NCBI GenBank assembly: GCA_030427425.1
Contig: JAUICQ010000001.1
Coordinates: 46,665 to 110,664, forward strand
Direction of reading: 5' to 3'
Source: Fimbriimonadia bacterium
GTDB taxonomy: Bacteria > Armatimonadota > Fimbriimonadia > Fimbriimonadales > Fimbriimonadaceae
Length of the DNA stretch: 64,000 nucleotides
Under the pieces are notes generated by a model. That model saw nothing but the letters and a program-made list of their open reading frames with translations, was not told the DNA's origin and ran no database searches. Below are positions 9,861 to 19,466 of the stretch, piece after piece; position 1 is the first letter of the stretch; each line of letters begins with the position of its first letter. Position numbers and translations under genes: made by a program.

Positions 9861-11030
9861 ATGAAAATTGCGAATAATTGTATCCAACATATAGATGTGA
9901 AGGGAAAAAAGGTTTTATTAAGATGTGATCTTAATGTACCTATTCATAATGGTGTTATCGTAGATGATAGAAGAATCGTTGAATCGCTTCCTACAATTAA
10001 GCAGCTATTATTAAATGGTGCTGGAGTTGCAATTGTTTCTCACTTAGGACGACCTAAATCTAGAGATGAAAAATATTCATTAAAAATAGTTTCGGAAAAG
10101 CTAGAGTGTTTATTGGGTGTAAATGTTAGGTTAGTTGATGATTTTCTTAATGAAGATCCAAAATCATTATTTAAGCCTGGTGAAGTGTGTTTGCTAGAAA
10201 ATATCAGGTTTTATCCGGAAGAGACTGAGAACGATACAATTTTTGCGTGTAAGTTGGCCAGCATTGCAGACATATTTGTTAATGACGCCTTTGGAACTAC
10301 TCACAGGGCTCATGCTTCTACTGAAGGTGTCACCAAGTATCTACCATCCTATCCAGGTTTATTGTTGGAAAAGGAGTTGAATGCATTTCAATCCGTCTTA
10401 GAGAGTCCGAATCGACCTTTTGTGGCTATTCTAGGCGGTGCTAAAATCAACGATAAAGTAGTCTTGATAAAGAACTTACTAGAAAAGGTAGATAAACTTC
10501 TAATAGGTGGTGGGGCAACGTTTACATTTTTGAAGGCCCGCGGCATTAATGTAGGAAAATCTCTTGTTGATGATACTATAATCGATTTTGTTAAAGAGTT
10601 ACTTGAGCATAACGACTATCAGATAGAGCTGCCTGTAGATATTGTGGTTACAGATGATATCGAGAATCCTACTGTAGTAGAAACGGTTGATATAGATGGG
10701 ATATCTGATGGCATGATTGGTGTTGATATCGGACCGAAAACTATAGAGAAGTATGCAGCATATATCAAGCATTCTAATACCGTAGTCTGGAACGGGCCTA
10801 TGGGTATTTATGAAAAAGAAGCATTTTCTAGCGGCACCAAAGGTCTTGCCGAAGCCATGCAGTATTGTAGAGGTGTAAGTATAGTTGGTGGTGGAGATAG
10901 TGCAGCAGCATTGAAACAACTGGGCTTAGAGAATGAAGTTTCTCATATTAGTACTGGCGGTGGTGCAGCGCTTGAGTTGATGGAAGGAAAGGTATTACCT
11001 GGAATATCCAGTCTCCAGGTAACAATATAA
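9861..11030 (+). CDS. pgk: Phosphoglycerate kinase
   Basis: VLLRCDLNVP, SHLGRPK, NIRFYPEE, FVNDAFGTTHRAHAST, GGGDSAAA, STGGGAALELMEG: canonical PGK motifs across the full length. Confidence 0.95.
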   Translation: MKIANNCIQHIDVKGKKVLLRCDLNVPIHNGVIVDDRRIVESLPTIKQLLLNGAGVAIVSHLGRPKSRDEKYSLKIVSEKLECLLGVNVRLVDDFLNEDPKSLFKPGEVCLLENIRFYPEETENDTIFACKLASIADIFVNDAFGTTHRAHASTEGVTKYLPSYPGLLLEKELNAFQSVLESPNRPFVAILGGAKINDKVVLIKNLLEKVDKLLIGGGATFTFLKARGINVGKSLVDDTIIDFVKELLEHNDYQIELPVDIVVTDDIENPTVVETVDIDGISDGMIGVDIGPKTIEKYAAYIKHSNTVVWNGPMGIYEKEAFSSGTKGLAEAMQYCRGVSIVGGGDSAAALKQLGLENEVSHISTGGGAALELMEGKVLPGISSLQVTI

Positions 11031-11046
11031 ATTATGATTGGATTAT

Positions 11047-11940
11047 TTATATAAGATCATCATCCAATGCATGTCTACCATCTAGTACAGACTGATATTT
11101 TTCTAACTGCTTAATTCTTTGCTCCATAGGTGGATGAGTACTAAATAAGTGCATAATCCAGCTTCTCTTATTTGTTTTAAACGGACTAGCTATGTACATA
11201 TGTGCGGTTGCTTTGTTTGGCTGAATATCATCAGGAAGTCTATTGTTAGATAAGTCTAATTTTTTAAGAGCAGAGATGAGTCCTCTTGTATTGCCAGCTA
11301 TTTTGGCACCAGTTCTATCGGCTTCAAACTCTCTGCTTCTAGATATCGCTAGCTGAACCAGTACTGCCATGATGGGCGCTAGGATAACTATAATTAATTC
11401 TAACCAACCTGAATCCCTGTTGTTACGTCTGTTGCCTATAGATCCCCAGAAGTACAATCGTGAAAAATATTCAAGCATGCCAGCTACGGTGGCTACAACG
11501 CTTGATATTAATGTATCGTAGTTTTGGATATGTGCAAGTTCGTGTGCGATTACCCCTTCCAGTTCATCTGCATTCAGGCTCTCGATTAATCCTGTGTTTA
11601 GTGCTACTAGTCCGTTGGCAGGATTTCTTCCTGTTGCAAATGCGTTTGGGACAGGGCTAGCTACTAAATACAATCTAGGTGTAGGAATATTAGCATTCCG
11701 GGCCAACTTTTCTAGCATCACATGGATGTTGGGATAACTCTCTTTTGTTGCTAATTGTGCGCCGGTCATTAATATTACTATTTTATCGCAATAGTAGTAC
11801 TGTGCGAAGTTAATTAAGCCTAGTACTACAAGGGTGACGAGTCCTCCTGCTGGGCCAAAGATCGCGTAACCTACATACACACCTAATACGGTTAGCATGG
11901 TTAAAATAAGTACAAATAATAAATATCTAAAAATTTTCAT
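11047..11940 (-). CDS. htpX: Zinc metalloprotease HtpX (peptidase M48)
   Basis: N-terminal TM helices, HELAHIQNYD (HExxH), downstream EFEADRTGA. Length and topology typical of HtpX. Confidence 0.9.
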   Translation of the reverse strand: MKIFRYLLFVLILTMLTVLGVYVGYAIFGPAGGLVTLVVLGLINFAQYYYCDKIVILMTGAQLATKESYPNIHVMLEKLARNANIPTPRLYLVASPVPNAFATGRNPANGLVALNTGLIESLNADELEGVIAHELAHIQNYDTLISSVVATVAGMLEYFSRLYFWGSIGNRRNNRDSGWLELIIVILAPIMAVLVQLAISRSREFEADRTGAKIAGNTRGLISALKKLDLSNNRLPDDIQPNKATAHMYIASPFKTNKRSWIMHLFSTHPPMEQRIKQLEKYQSVLDGRHALDDDLI

Positions 11941-12091
11941 GGTATCTCCTGATTTATGGATTTTAATTGCTTATACTATAATTATACATTTAAACTCATG
12001 AATTAAGGCATAGTAAATAGTATGGTTCTGAATATGCAATTGATGTTTTTAGAAGAGAAGTTAATATGCCAAATGGTAATCTATAAGTATT

Positions 12092-13207
12092 ATGATAGAT
12101 AAACGAGTGACCGATCTTGCTAATGTATTAGTAAATTATTCCATAGAGCTAAGCGAAAAAGATACATTGTTATTACATGCTTTTGATGTTGATGATGATG
12201 TTATTGCAGAAATTATAAGAGTTGCTAAACTTGCCGGAGCAAATGTTATGCTACGTAAAGAATCTGCTGTGGTTAGAAGAGAGATGCTTTTTGGTCTTAC
12301 TGAAGAGAATGCCGCAATCATTGCAGATAATGAGATGCATGAAATGAAATTAGCTACAGCTTATATAGGTTTAAGAGGCTGGAGGAACGTTACTGAACTA
12401 TCGGATGTGCCAGCAGACAAAATGTCACTATGGAATTCTCATTACAGAGATGTGTTAAACCAGAGAGTTAATGATACTAAATGGGTGGTTCTGAGATGGC
12501 CTAATCCTAGCATGGCTCAACTAGCATCTATGTCTACTAGAAGTTTTGAAGATTTTTACTTTAGGGTATGTAATTTCGACTATGCTAAACTTGCTGAAGC
12601 GGCTAAGCCACTAAAGCATTTGATGGATAATACTGATGAAGTATGCATCAAAGGGAATGGAACCGATATTACTTTCTCCATCAAAGGGATAGGTAGTATG
12701 CCATGTGTAGGAGAGAGAAATATTCCAGATGGTGAATGTTATAGTTGCCCTGTTAAGAATTCTGTAAATGGGACTATACAGTACAACGTCCCCAGTGTCT
12801 ATAATGGAATAGAATTTAATAATGTTCGTCTTGTAGTTAAAGAAGGGAAGATTGTTGAAGCATACGCTGATGGAAAAGATAAAGAGATTAATGAAGTTTT
12901 TGATACCGATGAAGGTGCAAGATACTTTGGTGAATTTGCAATCGGGTTCAATCCGGAAATACTTTATCCGATGAAAGATATTCTATTTGATGAAAAAATC
13001 GCAGGAAGTTTACATTTAACACCAGGTAAAGCATATGAAGATGTTGGAAATGGAAATGTATCCGCGATTCACTGGGATCTAGTCTTGATACAGAGAGCAG
13101 ATTACGGTGGCGGCGAGATATGGATGGATGGCAAACTTGTTCGTAAAGACGGACTGTTTGTGCTGCCTGAACTGCAGTGCTTGAATCCAGAAGAATTGAA
13201 GAAGTAA
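12092..13207 (+). CDS. Aminopeptidase, peptidase family M29 (AmpS/PepS-like)
   Basis: 371 aa with M29-type motifs NIPDGE, FDEKIAGSLHLTPG, SAIHWDLV. Confidence 0.8.
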   Translation: MIDKRVTDLANVLVNYSIELSEKDTLLLHAFDVDDDVIAEIIRVAKLAGANVMLRKESAVVRREMLFGLTEENAAIIADNEMHEMKLATAYIGLRGWRNVTELSDVPADKMSLWNSHYRDVLNQRVNDTKWVVLRWPNPSMAQLASMSTRSFEDFYFRVCNFDYAKLAEAAKPLKHLMDNTDEVCIKGNGTDITFSIKGIGSMPCVGERNIPDGECYSCPVKNSVNGTIQYNVPSVYNGIEFNNVRLVVKEGKIVEAYADGKDKEINEVFDTDEGARYFGEFAIGFNPEILYPMKDILFDEKIAGSLHLTPGKAYEDVGNGNVSAIHWDLVLIQRADYGGGEIWMDGKLVRKDGLFVLPELQCLNPEELKK

Positions 13208-13259
13208 GTAGTTAAATTACCACATAAGTAATAGGATATCAATTAATATCTATAAATAA

Positions 13260-13268
13260 TGGTATAAT
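13260..13268 (+). promoter_or_regulatory. Extended -10 element (TGgTATAAT) upstream of rpmB
   Basis: TGGTATAAT at 13260-13268, about 40 nt upstream of the rpmB ATG. Confidence 0.3.
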
Positions 13269-13309
13269 AAGATATTGTCTTAAATAAGTAAAAATATAGA
13301 GAGTAAAAG

Positions 13310-13573
13310 ATGGCTAGAATTTGTCAAGTAAGTGGAAAAAAAGCTAATAACGCTAAGCATATCAGACACCCGCACTCTGGGCTTTGGAAGAACAGAGCGC
13401 CTAAGAAAAACAGGTTGCAGTTACCTAATCTACAGAAAGTAACTATTCAGACACCTAATGGTAAAGTTCAACTAAAGGTAGCTACTACGATATTAAAGAG
13501 TGAAAAATTCGCAGAAGTACTTTGCGGAATTAAGCCATTACCAAAGAGCTGGCTTAAAAAAGCAACCTACTAA
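13310..13573 (+). CDS. rpmB: 50S ribosomal protein L28 (slightly longer than typical)
   Basis: MARICQVSGKKANNAKHI...LPNLQKV resembles the L28 N-terminus (MSRVCQVTGKxxxxGNNxSHA...LPNL). 87 aa. Confidence 0.8.
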   Translation: MARICQVSGKKANNAKHIRHPHSGLWKNRAPKKNRLQLPNLQKVTIQTPNGKVQLKVATTILKSEKFAEVLCGIKPLPKSWLKKATY

Positions 13574-13597
13574 TTAAAATCAGGTAATTAAAGTATT

Positions 13598-13633
13598 AAT
13601 AACGGCAGTTAATCACTGCCGTTATTTTTTTTT
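13598..13633 (+). terminator. Rho-independent terminator of rpmB
   Basis: aataacggcagt / actgccgttatt 12-bp stem, 5-nt loop, followed by a T run. Confidence 0.75.
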
Positions 13634-13660
13634 ATAAAAAAGAATTTCTTTAGTGGAGCT

Positions 13661-13678
13661 CGCTCAACTAATTGAGTG
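13661..13678 (+). promoter_or_regulatory. Inverted repeat upstream of dnaJ-hspR; candidate HspR operator (HAIR-like half-sites in everted order)
   Basis: cgCTCAActaaTTGAGtg: CTCAA (13663-13667) and TTGAG (13672-13676) are perfect complements. The half-sites resemble ACTCAAG/CTTGAGT of the HAIR element, but their order and spacing differ from CTTGAGT-N7-ACTCAAG. Confidence 0.3.
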
Positions 13679-13697
13679 TTGTATACTAAAGATAAAG

Positions 13698-14795
13698 ATG
13701 TCGAGAAGTAAAGATTACTATAGTATATTGGGCATAAGTAGGGATGCAGATGAGAAGCAGATAAAATCTGCGTACCGTAAGTTAGCCAGAAAATATCATC
13801 CTGATGTTAATCCTAACAATAAAGAAGCTGAAGATAAGTTTAAGCAAGTAACTGAAGCGTATGAATGTCTAAAAGATGCTGATAAGCGAAAAATGTATGA
13901 CAGTTACGGTGATAGATGGCAAGATGCACACGCATATCAGGCGCAGGGTGGAGATATGGGTGGGTCCCGTTTTGATTTTGGTGATGCTGGTAGTATTTTT
14001 GAAGATTTGTTTGGTGGATTTCAGAATACAGATGGATTCGGAGATGTATTTCAACAGCAAGGCAGAAGACGATCCCGTAACGATTCTCCTCCACAAGATA
14101 TCAATATATCGATAGAAGTTACACTAGAAGAGATTGCATCTGGAACAAAGAAGACTATAGAATACACAGCTCTCGATGGATGTAACACCTGCTCTGGAAC
14201 GGGTCAGGTAAGGACTCGCCGATCCAGTAAGTGTTCTGGTTGTGGTGGGAAAGGAGTCGTACATCAGTTTCCAGGTATGAATATGAAATGTTCTGCTTGT
14301 GGAGGCAGTGGTAGTACTAATATAGATAATTGTCCTACATGTAGAGGGAAGTGTACTATTCATGCTAATAGGAAGGTTGAGGTTACTATACCGAAAGGAA
14401 TCACGAATGGGAAAAAGCTCCGTGTTCCAGGAAGAGGATCCGCTGGTTCTAGGATGAAAATAGGAGATCTTTATGTGAAGGTCACAGAAAAATCACATCC
14501 AGTTTTTCAGAGAAATGGGGATAACCTTGAAGTAAAAGTCCCTGTTTCATACATAGATGTGTTGCTAGGGGCAGAGATCCGGATCCCTACATTAACCGGA
14601 TCGGTATCCATGAAGATACCAGAATGTACCCAGAATAATCAGAAATTCCGACTCACTGGAAAGGGGATGCCCACTCTATCGAAACAAGTAGGAGATTTAT
14701 ATGCTGTAATTCAAGTGAAAATTCCAAAGCAAATATCAGATGAGGAGAAGAATATTTTATTAAATCTACGAGAGATTAGTGGAGTGACAGTATGA
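13698..14795 (+). CDS. dnaJ: Molecular chaperone DnaJ (J domain, G/F-rich region, four CxxCxGxG zinc-finger repeats)
   Basis: [39 protein letters not shown] (HPD). [32 protein letters not shown]. The ORF is open from GTG 13653, but the J domain begins at ATG 13698. Confidence 0.85.
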   Translation: MSRSKDYYSILGISRDADEKQIKSAYRKLARKYHPDVNPNNKEAEDKFKQVTEAYECLKDADKRKMYDSYGDRWQDAHAYQAQGGDMGGSRFDFGDAGSIFEDLFGGFQNTDGFGDVFQQQGRRRSRNDSPPQDINISIEVTLEEIASGTKKTIEYTALDGCNTCSGTGQVRTRRSSKCSGCGGKGVVHQFPGMNMKCSACGGSGSTNIDNCPTCRGKCTIHANRKVEVTIPKGITNGKKLRVPGRGSAGSRMKIGDLYVKVTEKSHPVFQRNGDNLEVKVPVSYIDVLLGAEIRIPTLTGSVSMKIPECTQNNQKFRLTGKGMPTLSKQVGDLYAVIQVKIPKQISDEEKNILLNLREISGVTV

Positions 14796-15196
14796 GAGAT
14801 AAAAGAAATGAACCAGTCTATATGATAGGTATTGCTGCTAAGCTTTGTGGAATTCACCCTCAGACACTACGGCAGTATGAAAGGTTGGGATTTGTTACTC
14901 CTACCAGAATTGGTACTAAAAATAGACTGTATAGTGAGTACGATATCTATAAAGTAAGACAGGTACAGCGATTAACTCAAGATTTAGGGGTGAATTTAGC
15001 TGGTGTAGAGATTATACTAAGGCTTTTGGATGATATGGAGGGTATGCGAGTAGATCTAGAGGAAGAACTAGAGAGTTTTAAAAAGGAAGCAGAGCAGCGA
15101 ATCCAGATGTATATGACTCATAGTAAAGTACCCATTAGGAAAGATGAACAGCTACTGCCTACTCCACATTTAAAATGGAAAAAATTTGATTTATAA
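14792..15196 (+). CDS. hspR: MerR-family heat-shock repressor HspR
   Basis: [32 protein letters not shown]...[33 protein letters not shown], a MerR HTH of the HspR type. ATGA overlap with the dnaJ stop, giving the dnaJ-hspR arrangement known from other bacteria. Confidence 0.75.
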   Translation: MRDKRNEPVYMIGIAAKLCGIHPQTLRQYERLGFVTPTRIGTKNRLYSEYDIYKVRQVQRLTQDLGVNLAGVEIILRLLDDMEGMRVDLEEELESFKKEAEQRIQMYMTHSKVPIRKDEQLLPTPHLKWKKFDL

Positions 15197-15207
15197 AAAT
15201 CTATACA

Positions 15208-15246
15208 TTGACAGTTCTTGACAATTTGATGATAATATTATATAAT
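15208..15246 (+). promoter_or_regulatory. Two overlapping near-consensus sigma70 promoters offset by 10 bp
   Basis: TTGACA (15218-15223), 17 nt, TATAAT (15241-15246), a perfect consensus. Also TTGACA (15208-15213), 17 nt, GATAAT (15231-15236). Confidence 0.6.
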
Positions 15247-15287
15247 CTTGTTAGGCAAAGCCTATTAATAGGAGATATATTAAAATT

Positions 15288-15842
15288 ATGATTAAGAAAG
15301 CAAGTTTAAAGTTCGCAGTAGTTTTAGCTGCAGTATCCGCTGGTATTGTAAATGTGTCAGCAACTGAAACAGAACCAGTAGGTGTTAGTGTAAAAGGTGC
15401 ATTATTTGTTCCTACTAACGAAGAAGGTCAGAAGGTAGATAGTAAAGATAGCAGCAAGAAAGAAAGTACATGGAACTTCGGTGCTGGTTTCGAATATAAC
15501 TTCTACAATATGGCATTAGATGAATCTAGTACAACTAGAGCTGAAGCAGGTGTGGAAGTAGGTGGATATATGGGTGATAACTCTGTAGGATTCGGTGGTG
15601 TATCTGGTGGAGTTAGAGTAAACGATATGTTCTACGCAAAATTAACCGCAGCTGGATTCTATGCAAGCATCAAAGATGAAAAAGATGGTAAATATGGATT
15701 TATGGTTAAGCCAACTGTAGGTGCAGATGTATACAACTTTGGTGGATCTAGCGTATTTGTTGAAGGTCACTACGATCACTTCTTTGGTGATGATAGCAAG
15801 AAGCTAAGCCAGTTTGGTGTAGCTGTAGGTGTACGCTTCTAA
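15288..15842 (+). CDS. Small outer-membrane beta-barrel protein (OMP_b-brl/OmpW-like)
   Basis: Signal peptide (MIKKASLKFAVVLAAVSAGIVNVSA). Alternating hydrophobic/Gly-rich strands. C-terminal ...GVAVGVRF ends in Phe, as in typical OMP sorting signals. Confidence 0.65.
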   Translation: MIKKASLKFAVVLAAVSAGIVNVSATETEPVGVSVKGALFVPTNEEGQKVDSKDSSKKESTWNFGAGFEYNFYNMALDESSTTRAEAGVEVGGYMGDNSVGFGGVSGGVRVNDMFYAKLTAAGFYASIKDEKDGKYGFMVKPTVGADVYNFGGSSVFVEGHYDHFFGDDSKKLSQFGVAVGVRF

Positions 15843-15864
15843 TTCTTTAGAATTGTATATAAAA

Positions 15865-15892
15865 AATCGCCTGGTTATATAGGCGATTTTTT
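15865..15892 (+). terminator. Rho-independent terminator of the OMP gene
   Basis: aatcgcct / aggcgatt stem (extendable with flanking A/T runs), 8-nt loop, T run. Confidence 0.7.
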
Positions 15893-15924
15893 ATTATTAA
15901 ATTAAATTATTTTAAAAACCTTCA

Positions 15925-17940
15925 GTGAAAATTTTAAAATTTATTAAAATTATTTTCTCGCTTCTATTTATTGTATCCTGTATAGGCATAATAACATTAT
16001 TTGTTCTATTCTCCTTAGAATTAAAACATGCTGGCGACAAAATAAATAATCTTCCGAATCTAGTATCTAGTATATCTAGACCCCCTTCTAAAATAATTAG
16101 TGAAGATGGTAAAGATTTATTTCTACTGTCTACTGAATATAGGAAACCAGTAAGATTTCAGAATATCCCCAAACTCATTACTAATGCTACTATTGCGGCT
16201 GAAGATAGAAGATTCTATGATCATAAAGGTATAGACTACTTTTCTATGTTCAGAGTTGTTTTTACTAATATTAAATCTGGAAGTAAATCGCAAGGTGGTA
16301 GCACGCTTACCATGCAGATTGCAAAACGATTGTACCATAGCTCTGAAAAAACATTCCAGAGAAAATTTAAAGATATTGCATTGGCTGTAATTATGGAAAG
16401 AGAGCTTTCTAAAGAGCAGATTCTGGAAATATATTTAAATCAGGTATATTATGGAGCTGGTGCCTACGGTATCCAAGCTGCCGCAGAGGTGTATTTTGAT
16501 AAAAAATTAGATGAAATTACTCTTCCAGAAGCAGCTTTACTCGCTAGGCTAGTGAAACTTCCTAGTATAGAGAACCCTTTTGTTGCTCCAGAAAAGAGTA
16601 TTGAGAACAGAAACTATGTTCTTAAAAGTATGTATGAAGAGAACATGATAAATCTTGATACATATAAAAAAGCAATTAAAACGCCTTTGAAATTAAGGAA
16701 AAATCCTAGAGTAGGTAACGGAAAGAAGTTGGCTCCTTATTTTGTAGATTACATTCTAGATATCGTTAAACATAATTTGAACGATGTAGACTTAAGTGAA
16801 GGTGGGTATAAAATAGAGACAACACTGAATTATAAAATTCAGAACCATACCGATTATATTTTACAAAACACAATTAATAAAAATAAATGGGCCAAAATAA
16901 ACACTGGCGCATTTCTGTTACTAGATAAAGATGGAAACATCTTAACTATGTGTGGCGGACCCAATTACAATGAGAGTCAGTATAATGGAACAACCCAGGC
17001 CAGAAGACAACCAGGATCCGCATTTAAGCCATTTATCTATGCTTTAGGTTTAGAAACAGGGAAGTTAACTGAAAAAGATATGATTTCTAACGAAAGATAT
17101 TCTTGGATAGATCCTATAACTAAAGTTGAATGGGCTCCTAGAAATGCTTCAGGTAAGTATGGTGGAGAAGCAAATATTTCAGCTGCTCTTACACATTCGC
17201 TTAATATGCCTGTTATTAGAGCTGCAGAGAGCATTGGTGTTAGAAATATTATTTCTCTTTCTAAATCTCTTTTTTCACTACCGGTACAGGAGAATGTAGG
17301 TCTATCAATTGGTCTAGGGTGTACAGATCTTACTATGGTGGAATTAGCAAAAGGATACAGTACATTTATGCTTGGTGGATCACGATTAACTCCGATAGGT
17401 TTGAAGAGAGTAATAGGTCCGGATGGGAGAACATTATACGAATTCAGCCATTCTATAAAACAGAGTGTGATTAGTAGTTTTACAGCTAATTATATAGATG
17501 ATAGTTTACGCAGCGCTGTGGTTCATGGTACTAGCAAGCGTGTAGCGCCCGTCTTAAATGCTAGAGGTAAAACTGGAACTACTAACAATTTCACCGATGC
17601 TTGGTTCTGTGGATATACCAATGAGTTATTAGGGGTTGCGTGGTTAGCCAATAGTATGCATGCTGTAACAGGTATGAATAAAGTATTTGGCGGTACCATT
17701 CCTTCCGATATGTGGAGAGAAGTGATGAGGTACGCACAGAAGGAAATAAAGGAGCAAGAGACTCCTTTACCAGTAAAATACTATAAGCCTATTAAAAATG
17801 CTCATCGAGATTTAGGTGAAGAGGACGGAGTGGCTCCGGAAAGTGTGACAACTAAAAATGCGCCATCTACCAGTATTGAGCCATCTCTACCTCTAACTCC
17901 TCTTTCTAAAGAGAATAAGCCAGCGTGGCTTAATAATTAG
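15925..17940 (+). CDS. Class A penicillin-binding protein (glycosyltransferase + transpeptidase, PBP1A-type)
   Basis: GT51 motifs AAEDRRFYDHKGID, GGSTLTMQ, RKFKD. Transpeptidase motifs SAFKP (SxxK), SLN (SxN), KTGTT. N-terminal membrane anchor. GTG start. Confidence 0.9.
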   Translation: MKILKFIKIIFSLLFIVSCIGIITLFVLFSLELKHAGDKINNLPNLVSSISRPPSKIISEDGKDLFLLSTEYRKPVRFQNIPKLITNATIAAEDRRFYDHKGIDYFSMFRVVFTNIKSGSKSQGGSTLTMQIAKRLYHSSEKTFQRKFKDIALAVIMERELSKEQILEIYLNQVYYGAGAYGIQAAAEVYFDKKLDEITLPEAALLARLVKLPSIENPFVAPEKSIENRNYVLKSMYEENMINLDTYKKAIKTPLKLRKNPRVGNGKKLAPYFVDYILDIVKHNLNDVDLSEGGYKIETTLNYKIQNHTDYILQNTINKNKWAKINTGAFLLLDKDGNILTMCGGPNYNESQYNGTTQARRQPGSAFKPFIYALGLETGKLTEKDMISNERYSWIDPITKVEWAPRNASGKYGGEANISAALTHSLNMPVIRAAESIGVRNIISLSKSLFSLPVQENVGLSIGLGCTDLTMVELAKGYSTFMLGGSRLTPIGLKRVIGPDGRTLYEFSHSIKQSVISSFTANYIDDSLRSAVVHGTSKRVAPVLNARGKTGTTNNFTDAWFCGYTNELLGVAWLANSMHAVTGMNKVFGGTIPSDMWREVMRYAQKEIKEQETPLPVKYYKPIKNAHRDLGEEDGVAPESVTTKNAPSTSIEPSLPLTPLSKENKPAWLNN

Positions 17941-17979
17941 TAAGTATTAAAAGTCTCAGTTATCTTCAGTACTGACCAA

Positions 17980-19392
17980 TTAATAAGTTCTCTTATATTT
18001 AAATGTTATATTTGAAGGTAATGTGTCTATGAATTTATCAAATTCTAACTTGTCCTGAGCATTACTAAATTTTATTTTTAAATCAAGGTCTGCTTCTTTT
18101 AATTTCATTTCTAGAAGTTGTTTAAGTACCAAGCTTGCTTGTTGCGAAGTAAATTGACTGTAGTTTGATATCTTCATAGATAGATCTTCTAGCTGATCCA
18201 TCTTTTTAAGTGGCATTACAATAGTAACATCAACATTCGAGTAGTCTAAATTAAGTTTTTTAAGATGAGGATACAGATCTAGTATGTTTCGAATATCTTC
18301 GCTTGTCATTTTAGATGCGTGAATATTTAAGTTTTCTAATTTATTTAATTTAGAGAGTGCTGATTCTAAATTACTAGTTAGATTGGTTTTTAATGTTACT
18401 TCTAATCTTTTAATGTTCAGATTGTTTTCTAATATTTTAGCCACTAGAGATACCGTTCGATCTTCATTTACAGTAATATCTAGAGATTCAAGACTTCGCA
18501 CTGTAGTTAGAGCTGGAAGTGAGTTTAATTCTGCATCACGTCCTGATAGTCTTAGATCTTTAAGTGAACTGTTTTTAATAAGTGTATTTATAACTCTCGA
18601 ATTCTTAACGTACACATCTAGAACATTCAAGTGAACATCTTTAACATCGTTTTCTGTAAGATTAGAAAAACTAGCGCCGTGTACTTTGAGAGTCTTTAAT
18701 GATCTGTTATGTTTGAAAATAGAACTAAATGGAAAATCGAGATAAATCTCATCTATATGATCGCGCCACCCTAATACTAACGACTGTAATCCAGTTAATT
18801 TTTTTAATTCCGCGGTAAAATTATTATCCATATAGCCTTTCAGTTCTAAGCTTTCTAGTGTATTGATGTTGTTGCTTATTACACTACGTAGCATAGGTAA
18901 GTAGTTTCTTACCATATTTCTCACATTTAGGCTATTAGAGCTAGTATAATCATCTTCTCCGTCAGATATTATGGTTAAACTTTTTAACTTAGTAAAATTA
19001 TTAAAGAAGCTCATAGGTATATTTGCTTGAGAAATAGAGTTATTATCGTATAAATTAATGTTTAAATGTTCAATATACTTAGCGATATTTAAGTCAGCAT
19101 ATTCATCGCTTTTGCATAGCTTATAAAAGTCGGGTATGTCTTTAAGTGTTAATTCAATCTTCTCCCATACAGTAGGCTTTTTAAGCTGATTTTTTAATTT
19201 TGGACTATCAGCCGCAAACTTCAGTAAATTTTCAAAACTAGTTTCATTATTTACTAAATTCTGTTCTGTTATATCTACCGGTAGATTTTTTAATGATGTA
19301 TTATTTGCCTGTGTTAAAACAGAAAAAAGAAGTATTGGAACACTTAGGAGTAGCTTGTTTATATTTTTTATCATATAATTCATATAATTCAT
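17980..19392 (-). CDS. Secreted leucine-rich-repeat protein (RNI-like LRRs), function unknown
   Basis: Signal peptide (KLLLSVPILLFSVLTQANN). Then about 24-28 aa repeats of the form L..L..L.L......(N/D), e.g. LKSLTII, LESLELKG, LQSLVLGW, LKTLKVHG, LKDLRLSG, LESLDITV, IKRLEVTL, LENLNIHA, LKKLNLDY, LEDLSMKI. Confidence 0.6.
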   Translation of the reverse strand: MNYMNYMIKNINKLLLSVPILLFSVLTQANNTSLKNLPVDITEQNLVNNETSFENLLKFAADSPKLKNQLKKPTVWEKIELTLKDIPDFYKLCKSDEYADLNIAKYIEHLNINLYDNNSISQANIPMSFFNNFTKLKSLTIISDGEDDYTSSNSLNVRNMVRNYLPMLRSVISNNINTLESLELKGYMDNNFTAELKKLTGLQSLVLGWRDHIDEIYLDFPFSSIFKHNRSLKTLKVHGASFSNLTENDVKDVHLNVLDVYVKNSRVINTLIKNSSLKDLRLSGRDAELNSLPALTTVRSLESLDITVNEDRTVSLVAKILENNLNIKRLEVTLKTNLTSNLESALSKLNKLENLNIHASKMTSEDIRNILDLYPHLKKLNLDYSNVDVTIVMPLKKMDQLEDLSMKISNYSQFTSQQASLVLKQLLEMKLKEADLDLKIKFSNAQDKLEFDKFIDTLPSNITFKYKRTY

Positions 19393-19466
19393 AACTATAT
19401 GAATTATTGGTTGCTAATGCACTAATAGTTTATGTGAATGGTTGAAACCAAGTATTAATAAGAGTG

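Noticed and set aside
13653-13697. GTG 13653 as the dnaJ start (extra [15 protein letters not shown])
   Set aside because: The J domain starts at the ATG at 13698 ([12 protein letters not shown]...), as in other DnaJ proteins. The 15 extra codons overlap the palindrome and -10-like region.
13840-14363. Cluster of four short ORFs (13840-14094, 13869-14096, 13876-14115, 14124-14363) overlapping dnaJ
   Set aside because: They overlap the G/F-rich and zinc-finger-coding part of dnaJ in other frames or on the other strand. The dnaJ reading is unambiguous (CxxCxGxG four times).
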